Shown: positions 1 to 8,380 of the stretch, piece by piece
Layout: every line of letters begins with the position of its first letter
Position numbering within the stretch: position 1 is the first letter of the stretch
From: an uncultured Clostridia bacterium
GTDB taxonomy: Bacteria > Bacillota > Clostridia > TANB77 > CAG-465
Direction: 5' to 3'
NCBI GenBank assembly: GCA_944388585.1
Contig: CALXJI010000003.1
Location: 4,500 to 68,499 of the forward strand
Length of the DNA: 64,000 nt
Translations under genes and position numbers: made by a program
Notes under the pieces: model-generated
What the model saw: the letters and a program-made list of their open reading frames with translations, nothing else
What the model was told of the DNA's origin: nothing
Database searches by the model: none

Positions 1-15
1 TTTTTATTAAATAAA

Positions 16-330
16 TTGAACATAAAAAACAAAATGTTTTGTTGCAGAATTTATGAGTCAGATGATTATAATAATTTAGAAGAAGAAGAGCATATGCATT
101 GCTTTGTTTTATATTATAAAAATAATAAAGTATATCAAATTGAACACCCAAATTTTGAAAAAATAGGAATATATGAGTTTAATTCTGAAAAAGAAGCTAT
201 TGATACAATAGTAACTTATTACATAAATTTGAGTGGTGGAAAAGATAGACCTACAACAGAATTTTTTGATGTACCAATTGGTCTTTCTTTTAAAGAATTT
301 AATAATTATATTAATAGTTTAGATAATTAA
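16..330 (+). CDS. hypothetical protein (frame is open back to base 1, so the true 5' end may lie outside the window)
   Basis: ORF track. A hairpin plus T-run follows immediately at 331-367. No motif recognised. Confidence 0.5.
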   Translation: MNIKNKMFCCRIYESDDYNNLEEEEHMHCFVLYYKNNKVYQIEHPNFEKIGIYEFNSEKEAIDTIVTYYINLSGGKDRPTTEFFDVPIGLSFKEFNNYINSLDN

Positions 331-367
331 AGAATCATAATCATTTTTAATTATGATTCTTTTTTTC
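331..367 (+). terminator. intrinsic terminator
   Basis: Perfect 11-bp stem agaatcataat/attatgattct (331-341 / 350-360) followed by tttttt. Confidence 0.8.
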
Positions 368-792
368 TTATTCAGTTTTAATTTTTACTTTTCACCTGCT
401 AATAAATTTAATATATTATATTCTTCTAATTTTTTATAAGATATATCTTTTATAATTCCATCATTATATAATAATTTCACTTCATCTTTTGTAACTATAA
501 AATTATCCACTTGTATAATATTCATATCATTTATACATATTAAATCAAATGTAAAGCTTTTTTATAACTTCAATATGATAACCATTGCTATCATATTCAA
601 TAAATATAGATACATATATGCTTACAATTCTAAATATTTTTTGTAAATTAAAGTAGAATAGCTATCTCAATATTCTAACTTGGATTTATAATTAACTAAA
701 AGAGAAACTTTTTCACTGCTAAGTGAAACATAAACTTTACAGTATATTAAAATTATAGTACAAATACATAATATACCAAAAAACTAAAAATC

Positions 793-1275
793 TTAGTTTT
801 CAAAATAAAATCCATATCTTTTATTTTCCTGAGTTAATTTTTCATTATAATTTCCATTACTAGCATTTTTAACAACTGTTCTCCAAAATTTCTGCGCTGG
901 TTTGTTTTTTAATAATGTTTTTATCTCCCATTTACCTTTGTATCTTTTGAATATTTCATTTGCCATAAATGATCCAACGCCTATCTTTCTATATTTATAT
1001 ATTACAAAAAATTCAGCTATTTCATTCATATTGTTTTCATTAAATCTTTCTAAAGCAAAGCCAGCCAGTTGCCCATCAACTTTTACAATATAAGCATGTC
1101 TTGTTTCTTCTTTCCAATATAAATCTACATATTTACTTATTTTATATAGTCCATTATCTAAAATTTTAAAGTTTATGTTTTCATCTTCATAAAAACTTAA
1201 CTCATAAGTATATAACTGCATTAGATTATATAATATTTCTTTTTCTTCCTCTTTTAACTCATATAGTTTAAACAT
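793..1275 (-). CDS. GNAT-family N-acetyltransferase
   Basis: 160 aa. Acetyl-CoA binding-type segment VIYKYRKIGVGSFMANEIF (R/Q-x-x-G-x-G/A). Typical size. Confidence 0.7.
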   Translation of the reverse strand: MFKLYELKEEEKEILYNLMQLYTYELSFYEDENINFKILDNGLYKISKYVDLYWKEETRHAYIVKVDGQLAGFALERFNENNMNEIAEFFVIYKYRKIGVGSFMANEIFKRYKGKWEIKTLLKNKPAQKFWRTVVKNASNGNYNEKLTQENKRYGFYFEN

Positions 1276-1330
1276 ACGATTCTCCTTTTATTTTACATTA
1301 TTATATAATATATTTATTCCTTTGTCCACT

Positions 1331-1831
1331 TTATTTACTAGCTATTCCAATTGCTTCTATCGCTACACTACCGCCACGTGCCACTTCTATTCTATTTAAA
1401 AATGCTTCTTTAAATAATTTTATTAAATCATTAATTTTTGATTCTATTTCTATCCATTCAATTATAATAGATTTTCTATTATAATCTATAATTTTAAATT
1501 TATATATTTCAGATAATCTAAATATTTCAACTTTATCTTTTTCACTACAACTATTAACTTTTATATATACCAGTTCCTTGCTATGAATTGGTATATTAGT
1601 ATAGTCTACTACTTTTATTACCTCTACACTTCTATTTAATTGCTTTTTTATTTGCTCAAAAGTTTTATCATCAGAAATCATAGAAATCGTCATACGAGAT
1701 ACTGTCGGATCCTCGGTTGTACCTACAGTTAAGCTTTCAATATTATATGATTTAGAAGAAAATAGTCCAGAGATTCTAGCAAGTACACCTATTTCATTTT
1801 CCACAAATAAGCCTATCCATCTTTTTTCCAT
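1331..1831 (-). CDS. ilvN: acetolactate synthase small (regulatory) subunit
   Basis: N-terminal ACT domain LFVENEIGVLARISGLFSSKSYNIESLTVG. Abuts the ilvB stop (1832) with no gap. Confidence 0.85.
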   Translation of the reverse strand: MEKRWIGLFVENEIGVLARISGLFSSKSYNIESLTVGTTEDPTVSRMTISMISDDKTFEQIKKQLNRSVEVIKVVDYTNIPIHSKELVYIKVNSCSEKDKVEIFRLSEIYKFKIIDYNRKSIIIEWIEIESKINDLIKLFKEAFLNRIEVARGGSVAIEAIGIASK

Positions 1832-3568
1832 TTATTTTACCTCCCCTTTTATAATCATATCCTCAAGCGAATTACCAGGTGGCACCATAGGTAGCACATT
1901 TAAATTATCATCTATAATAAATTCTATAATTGTAGGAACTTTCTTATTTTTCTTGGCAGCCTTAAATGCTTTTTCAACTTCTTCTTTTTTACAAACTCTT
2001 ATAGCTTGACATCCATAGCTTTGAGCTAACATTATAAAATTAGGGGTATACTCTGGACAACATTTATCATGATTTTTACAATTATCATTACATGATTTTC
2101 TATACCTCAAGCATGTAGAAGAATACCTTTTATTATAAAACATCTCCTGCCACTGTCTAACATTTCCCAAATATCCATTATTTAATATACAAACAACAAT
2201 AGGTAGCTCTTGACATACAGCTGTTGCAAGCTCTTGTATATTCATTTGAATTCCACCATCTCCAGATATTGCTATTACATCTTTGTCCAAACATGCAATT
2301 TTTGCTCCTATTGCTGAAGGAAGTCCATAACCCATTGTGCCAAGTCCTCCTGATGTAAGTAATCTTTTGTTATTATCAATATCAATAAATTGTGTTGTCC
2401 ATAATTGATTTTGACCAACATCAGTAGTAATAATTGCATTTTTATATAATTTATTTATAGTTTTTATTATATATTCAGGAGTAAGTACATCAGTATCATT
2501 TATCATTCGTATTGGATAATTTTCTTTCCATTGATTTATTTCTTTTTTCCACTCGTCTATATCTAATTTTTTAGATTTTTTAATAATTGCTTCTATTGCA
2601 ATTTTAGCATCAGCAACTATTGGAATATCTACAGAAATATTTTTCGAAATTGCAGCTGGGTCAATATCCACATGAATTATAGTTGCGCCTTTAGCAAATT
2701 TCTCTATTTTTCCTGTAATTCTATCATTAAATCTAGTTCCGATAGAAAAAAGTACATCACAATTGGATATTGCAGTATTTGCTGCATAACTTCCATGTAT
2801 ACCTATATTTCCAACATATAATTCATGGCTTGTAGGTATTGCTCCTTTTCCCATTATAGTAGTAATAACTGGAACTCCTGTGATTTCTGCAAGCTTTGTC
2901 ATCTCATTATTTGCATGAGCTATATTTACTCCACCTCCAATTAAAAACACTGGTTTTTTAGCATTATTTAAAATTTCCATCGCTTTATTTACTTGTCCCA
3001 TATGAACAGAAGTATTAGGATTATATCCTCTAATATGTATTTCGTTTGGATAATCATCTGTACCTAAAGCAAGTTGTATATCTTTTGGAATATCTACAAT
3101 TACAACACCAGGTTTTCCACTTTTTGCTATATAGAAGGCATTATGTATGATTTTTGCTAAGTCCTCTCTTTTTCTAACTGTTACAGCATACTTGCATATG
3201 CTACGCATAATACCTATTGTGTCTACCTCTTGAAATGCATCATTTCCTATAAGATATGTTGGTACTTGTCCCGTAAAACATACAAGTGGTACAGAATCAT
3301 AATTTGCAGTGGCAACCCCTGTAACAAGATTAGTTGCTCCTGGTCCACTAGTTACCAAACATACTCCCACTTTTCCTGTTGCTCTTGCATATCCATCAGC
3401 TTCATGAACTAATGCTTGCTCATGTCTTGGCAAAATTACATTTATTTCTTTCTGATTATATAATGCATCAAATAAATCAATAGCTTGTCCTCCTGGATAT
3501 CCAAATAACGTATCTACATTTTCCTCTTTTAATGCTTTCACAAATAATTCAGCTCCTGTAATCCACAT
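1832..3568 (-). CDS. ilvB: acetolactate synthase large subunit (ThDP-dependent)
   Basis: GAELFVKALKEENVDTLFGYPGG, the ThDP motif GDGGIQMNIQEL and LNNGYLG. I prefer the start at 3568 (MWITGAE) because GGAGGTG lies 7 nt upstream; the ORF track starts at 3583. Confidence 0.9.
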   Translation of the reverse strand: MWITGAELFVKALKEENVDTLFGYPGGQAIDLFDALYNQKEINVILPRHEQALVHEADGYARATGKVGVCLVTSGPGATNLVTGVATANYDSVPLVCFTGQVPTYLIGNDAFQEVDTIGIMRSICKYAVTVRKREDLAKIIHNAFYIAKSGKPGVVIVDIPKDIQLALGTDDYPNEIHIRGYNPNTSVHMGQVNKAMEILNNAKKPVFLIGGGVNIAHANNEMTKLAEITGVPVITTIMGKGAIPTSHELYVGNIGIHGSYAANTAISNCDVLFSIGTRFNDRITGKIEKFAKGATIIHVDIDPAAISKNISVDIPIVADAKIAIEAIIKKSKKLDIDEWKKEINQWKENYPIRMINDTDVLTPEYIIKTINKLYKNAIITTDVGQNQLWTTQFIDIDNNKRLLTSGGLGTMGYGLPSAIGAKIACLDKDVIAISGDGGIQMNIQELATAVCQELPIVVCILNNGYLGNVRQWQEMFYNKRYSSTCLRYRKSCNDNCKNHDKCCPEYTPNFIMLAQSYGCQAIRVCKKEEVEKAFKAAKKNKKVPTIIEFIIDDNLNVLPMVPPGNSLEDMIIKGEVK

Positions 3569-3614
3569 TTTAAACACCTCCAAATTAATTCCATTTATTA
3601 ACTAATTACATACA

Positions 3615-3644
3615 AAAAAGCTATGTAGTTTTACCTACATAGCC
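3615..3644 (-). terminator. intrinsic terminator inside the ilvB 5' leader (attenuator)
   Basis: Minus strand reads gctatgtag-gtaaaa-ctacatagc followed by tttttt. It lies between the predicted promoter and the ilvB RBS. Confidence 0.75.
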
Positions 3645-3724
3645 TTATTTATATTATAATATAACTTTTTGACTACTGTAGGTACGACAACATGCACTCG
3701 TATCTACAGTAGAGATACCAGTGC

Positions 3725-3775
3725 TTATCTAAGTAGTAGTCCGACTAGCTTTAAAGTTACATTAATATTTTTCAT
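3725..3775 (-). CDS. putative 16-aa leader peptide MKNINVTLKLVGLLLR (rich in branched-chain residues)
   Basis: AAGGAAG lies 8 nt upstream of the ATG. 5 Leu, 2 Val and 1 Ile in 16 codons. It sits in the ilvB leader upstream of the hairpins and the terminator. Confidence 0.4.
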   Translation of the reverse strand: MKNINVTLKLVGLLLR

Positions 3776-3805
3776 TTAAATTACTTCCTTTCAGTTAATG
3801 ACTAT

Positions 3806-3834
3806 ATAATACTATATAAAATCCATAATGTCAA
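3806..3834 (-). promoter_or_regulatory. sigma-A type promoter for the ilvBN leader
   Basis: Minus strand reads TTGACA (3834-3829), a 17-nt spacer, then TATTAT (3811-3806). Confidence 0.6.
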
Positions 3835-3898
3835 TTATAATTTTCTTTAAAAATAAAAATAAATTTTTATTTTACTATATTTATGCTAAAATAATTAT

Positions 3899-5453
3899 GT
3901 GATGTATATGAATGATTTAAAAAATATAATTGATATTATAGAAAGATTTATATTAAATAATTATCCAAATATTTATTTAAGCAAAAAAGATAGCTTTATT
4001 GGCGGAAAATTTAAATCAACAAATAGATTTTTTCTATTCTATGTTAACCTATATAATGATAAGCTTTATTTGGTTTTCAGAGAAAATTATTTATTAAAGC
4101 AATATATTAAAATAATAATAAATTCATTAAATGAAAATGATATATTAAAAATAATACAGTTAACTATTGATAATAATATAAATAAGTATCTGTCTTTGGA
4201 TTTAAATAGTAATAATATAGTTCGCAAAAAACAAACTAAAATTAAAAACAAAGAAAATGAAATTAAAACTATAAAAATAAAAAGAGAAAGAAAAAAAGTA
4301 GTACATATAGAATTATCAAAAAACTATTACAATATTCCTAATACTGCTTATAAAAATGATATAAACAATATTGATTATGATAATTACATCGAATTTTCAA
4401 TTAAAGTAGGTGATTTAACAAATAATATAATTAATAAATATTCAAATAAAAGAAATGTTGAAATATTTAAAAAAAGAACAAACCTATTATCGTTTGATAA
4501 TCTAACATTACAAAACATAGGGCTTGATTATAATCTTACTCGTGAAAGAATAAGACAAATAGTAAAAAAAATTAGTAGGAACTTAAAAAGACATAAAGAT
4601 AAATACATATCATTATTTAATAATATAGCAGATACTAATTACATTAATTACTTTTTTAGTGGAATTTCAAATTTATATAACGAACACTTTTTAAAAATAC
4701 TTTTAGATATACTAGATAATAATTTATATTATAGTATAATAAATAAAATATATGAAATAAATAGTGCTCAAAAACAAGCTTACAGGCAACAATTATATGA
4801 TAGTAAATTTAAAGAGGCATTAGTTATTAATAAGTCAAATTCTTATAAACAAAAGAATTTAAACGAATTAACCTTTAATAATCTAGTTAAAGAAAGAGAA
4901 TTAAATGATGAAAATACAACTGGAATTGTAGAATTAAAGAATCTTGGTAAATGTCTAGAATATGAATCATTACTAGAAAAAAAACATATTACTAAAATTG
5001 GACAAAGTTAGTTTTATTAAAGATATAAAAACTCAATCTTTGAAAATACCATATAAATATAATAATATTTCTCATTTCTACTATCCAGATGTACAATTAA
5101 TTACAAAGAATAATAACATAATTATATTAGAAATTAAACCATTGTTAAAGATGTTTGAAGAATTTAACTTAATAAAATACTTTGTATTAAAAAACTTTTG
5201 TAATGAAAATAACTACTGTTATGCAATAGTAGATGATAGCTATAATACAATAGAAAAAATAAAAAATATGAATGTAAACTTAGAAAAAGAAAAATATTTT
5301 ATTAATTTTTTAAAAGAAAATAAAAAAATAACTTATAGGCAATTCAGAATTATTAAAGAAAAAATTAATTTAACAATTTACGAATTATTTAATATTTTAA
5401 TAAAAAATCACAAAAATTTAACATACACTAGTACGCCATTTCTAATTAAATAA
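3899..5453 (+). pseudogene. sigma-70 region-4-like HTH fused to a TnsA-like PD-(D/E)xK endonuclease, split into two ORFs by a +1 frame change at an A8 tract (4977-4984)
   Basis: HTH: LTLQNIGLDYNLTRERIRQIVKKISRNLK. Nuclease: ES..E, YPD and LEIKP motifs span the ORF junction. Removing one A from the A8 run gives a continuous ...ESLLEKNILLKLDKVSFIKDIKTQS... reading. Confidence 0.55.
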
Positions 5454-5473
5454 ATAGATGAAAATTAATTTTA

Positions 5474-5500
5474 AAAAGTCTCTAGATACTAGAGACTTTT
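5474..5500. terminator. bidirectional intrinsic terminator
   Basis: aaaa-gtctctag-ata-ctagagac-tttt, between convergent genes. Confidence 0.75.
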
Positions 5501-5503
5501 TAC

Positions 5504-6139
5504 TTATACAAATTCAATTACATGTGTTACACCATCATCTGTAATCACACCTAATCTTCCTAAAATACGACCATTTTCATTAGTTGTTTTTAATGGTAAT
5601 ATTCTTACAGCATTTTCTATATTAACTTTTTTAAATTCAAAACTTACTTGTTCTTTTGCATAATAAACAGTTCCATCTTCTAATAAAACAGCATAATAAT
5701 ATGAAGATCCATCATCATATGTTCCATAAAGTGCATCTATAATGTTTGGCCCACCATTTTCGCCAAAGACATAGTTATTATCTCTATATCTAAATACTTG
5801 ATTTGCTTTATTGCCTAAAGAGCTTCTGTCACCTACAGCTACACTTGCTTCTCCAACTGTTATAATTCTTCCTTGCTCTTCAACACTGCTAAAGTTACCT
5901 TCTACTTTATTTCCGTCAAATTTAGCAATAGCAAGTTTTTCAATTGTATTTTCTATAACCTGTGATGGCTCTGTTTCTTCTTGCTTTTCCTCATTACTTT
6001 CTCTTAAAGTTTCAACTTCTGAAGTTAATATAGTTACATTTTCCTTCTCATTAAAATATTTGTATCCAAAGAATATAGATGCTCCTGCTAAGCATACAAT
6101 TGTTAATAATAAAACTACTAATGTTATTTTACTTTTCAT
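5504..6139 (-). CDS. hypothetical bitopic membrane protein
   Basis: N-terminal TM helix (ITLVVLLLTIVCLAGASIFFGY), an acidic linker, then a Gly/Tyr-rich C-terminal domain. No family recognised. Confidence 0.6.
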   Translation of the reverse strand: MKSKITLVVLLLTIVCLAGASIFFGYKYFNEKENVTILTSEVETLRESNEEKQEETEPSQVIENTIEKLAIAKFDGNKVEGNFSSVEEQGRIITVGEASVAVGDRSSLGNKANQVFRYRDNNYVFGENGGPNIIDALYGTYDDGSSYYYAVLLEDGTVYYAKEQVSFEFKKVNIENAVRILPLKTTNENGRILGRLGVITDDGVTHVIEFV

Positions 6140-6265
6140 ATACTCACCTCATAGTTTTTATTTTACACTATTTATAAACTTATTACAACAATATTAAATG
6201 CATTCTAGTAATTAAAAATTTTATATAATTAATATAAAGAAATATAAATTTTTATAAATTCTTTA

Positions 6266-7522
6266 CTAAATTTTAAAATACTTAGCATATTTTAATTCTT
6301 TCTTATTTCTATAATATTTCTTATAAATAATTAATATAATTCCAATTAAACATATTTCTGCTATTAATATATACTGCAAATTATCTTTTGACCAACTAAA
6401 TATACTAAACGGAACATCTTCTTCTAATACAATATCTACATCCCCAACATATTTTTCTCCATAAAATACATGTGCTTTTCCTATGATATCACCTTTTTTA
6501 TTATCTGAATTAAGGATGTTTACACCACTATAATCTATTGCTATTTTATCCTCATCTATATCTTCATTTTTACTCATATAGATGCTAATATTATCTACTG
6601 CACTTACCTCAATATTGTTTTTTTTACTATGATATGTTGGTAAAGTAATTAGTTTTTCTCCTTTTTCCACAATATTTCTTAATACATAATTCTCATCTAC
6701 ATAATTATATATTTTTTGACTATCTTCTATATGTGGTAATCTTCCTCTTATTATATCACAACCTAACACTATACAAATTATTGGATTTTCTTCACTATTT
6801 GAATAAGTTGCTAGACAATAACCAGCATCTCCTGTCATACCAGTTTTTCCACCAGCTATTTTACTTACGTCTAATCCATACAAATCTGCGAGTATAAATA
6901 AAGCATTATGTACTGTTATACTTCCATCATTTATAGTGTATTCATATCTTGACATTAGATCTTTAATTATATCATTATCTAAAGCATACTTCATCATTAA
7001 AGCTACATCATAAACTGTAGAATAATTATTTTGATCGTCAGCACCTATAGGATTTGTAAATGATGTACTATTCATTCCAATTTCTTTTGCTTTTTTATTC
7101 ATTGCTTCAATAAATTTTGAGTAATCTCCAAAAACATTAATTGCAATACAGGCAGCACTATCAGCACCTGATGGAATAAGCATAGTTGCTATCAAGTCAT
7201 AATATGATATTTCTTGACCATCTCTTAATCCAGCTACAGAGTATTCTTCATTATAATATTTTTGAACTTCTGATAAATTCACATTAACTGTTTGATTTAA
7301 ATCTTGTATATTATCTATACATACAATAGCAGTCATAACTTTAGTAATACTTGCAATTGGCACTTTTTGATCAGAATTACTTTCATATAGAGCATCTAAA
7401 CTATTTGCCATATAAACACCATAATATTTAGCATTTATATCTAATTCTTCAAAAGTAGCAAAAATATTTTTGGGAATATATAAAATAAAAAACATTAATA
7501 TTATTAAAATTCTTTTTTTCAT
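6266..7522 (-). CDS. D-alanyl-D-alanine carboxypeptidase (S11 serine peptidase, low-MW PBP) with a C-terminal membrane anchor
   Basis: SxxK motif SITKVMTA and KTG motif GGKTGMT. Signal/TM segment at the N-terminus and a TM helix at the C-terminus. Confidence 0.8.
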   Translation of the reverse strand: MKKRILIILMFFILYIPKNIFATFEELDINAKYYGVYMANSLDALYESNSDQKVPIASITKVMTAIVCIDNIQDLNQTVNVNLSEVQKYYNEEYSVAGLRDGQEISYYDLIATMLIPSGADSAACIAINVFGDYSKFIEAMNKKAKEIGMNSTSFTNPIGADDQNNYSTVYDVALMMKYALDNDIIKDLMSRYEYTINDGSITVHNALFILADLYGLDVSKIAGGKTGMTGDAGYCLATYSNSEENPIICIVLGCDIIRGRLPHIEDSQKIYNYVDENYVLRNIVEKGEKLITLPTYHSKKNNIEVSAVDNISIYMSKNEDIDEDKIAIDYSGVNILNSDNKKGDIIGKAHVFYGEKYVGDVDIVLEEDVPFSIFSWSKDNLQYILIAEICLIGIILIIYKKYYRNKKELKYAKYFKI

Positions 7523-7580
7523 AATACTATATTATATTTTTATTATAAAAATATTCAACAATTTACAAGAGATTTTCACA

Positions 7581-8273
7581 TTAATTATTATTTTTATCTA
7601 ACATTTCTTGCAATCCCACTCTTTGTTTTTCATTAACAAAATACTCTAAAAATAAAGAAACTAATATTGTACTTGCCTCTTTAGATAATTTTGGGTATTC
7701 TATTGGAATATGTGAATTTATTTTAAACTCATATGTTTTATCTATATTTTTCTTATAATATTCAATCCTACTTTTGGATATTTTTCATATTCTTCTTTAC
7801 TTAAGTTATTTAGCACCTTTATAACTTCTGCATATGCTCTTTTATATATTATCTAAAGACACTCGTTGTGTACATATGGCGTTTTTAGCAACTTCTTTCA
7901 TTTGTATATATTCTTCAAGTTTTGTGTCATTTCTTATAATATAGTCAGACATTCTTAATTTATCTAAAATATTATTAATCCTTAAAATTATATTTTCTGT
8001 ATTAAGTTTCAATTGTTCCTTATCCATTCTATCACTTATTATTTTTCTTATTTTATCAACTTCTATTTTGTTTTCATTTTCTTTTAAATATGTTAATACT
8101 TTTACCAAATTATTAAATTTCAAATGATTTAACATGTTATCATCTGTTACAATTATATTTATAGCATCACTAAATGATATATTATCTTCTTTAATATAAT
8201 TATTATCTCAGATGGCATCAATATCTAATCTTGCTCCTTTAATATTTTTTTGCTTTAAATCTTATATATTCAT
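7581..8273 (-). pseudogene. decayed gene(s): in-frame TAA and TGA near the 5' end and at least two frame changes near the 3' end
   Basis: AAGAGG RBS plus ATG at 8273. In-frame TAA (8262-8264) and TGA (8208-8210) precede the annotated 7842..8135 ORF. Downstream pieces KRAYAEVIKVLNNLSKEEYEK / ISKSRIEYYKKNIDKTYEFKIN...QEMLDKNNN lie in different frames. Confidence 0.55.
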
Positions 8274-8380
8274 ATATTACCTCTTATATTATAATAAAAT
8301 AATATCATAATAACTAACTTTTAATAATATAACTTATATTACTATAAAAATAAATAAATACAAAATAAAAAAATCAAGTT

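Noticed and set aside
385-640. Small minus-strand ORF fragments (for example MNIIQVDNFIVTKDEVKLLYNDGIIKDISYKKLEEYNILNLLAGEK, about 385-525) downstream of the GNAT gene.
   Set aside because: There is no clear RBS, no recognisable family, and the neighbouring fragments are in other frames. This could be a decayed gene or noise, and is too weak to annotate.
3700-3740. T-box-like core (minus strand ACUGGUAUC versus GGUGGUACC) in the ilvB leader.
   Set aside because: Only about 75 nt separate the predicted transcription start from this element, which is too short for a Stem I/specifier domain. The flanks do not form a canonical antiterminator bulge. I kept the leader-peptide attenuator as the working model, but a covariance-model scan should decide.
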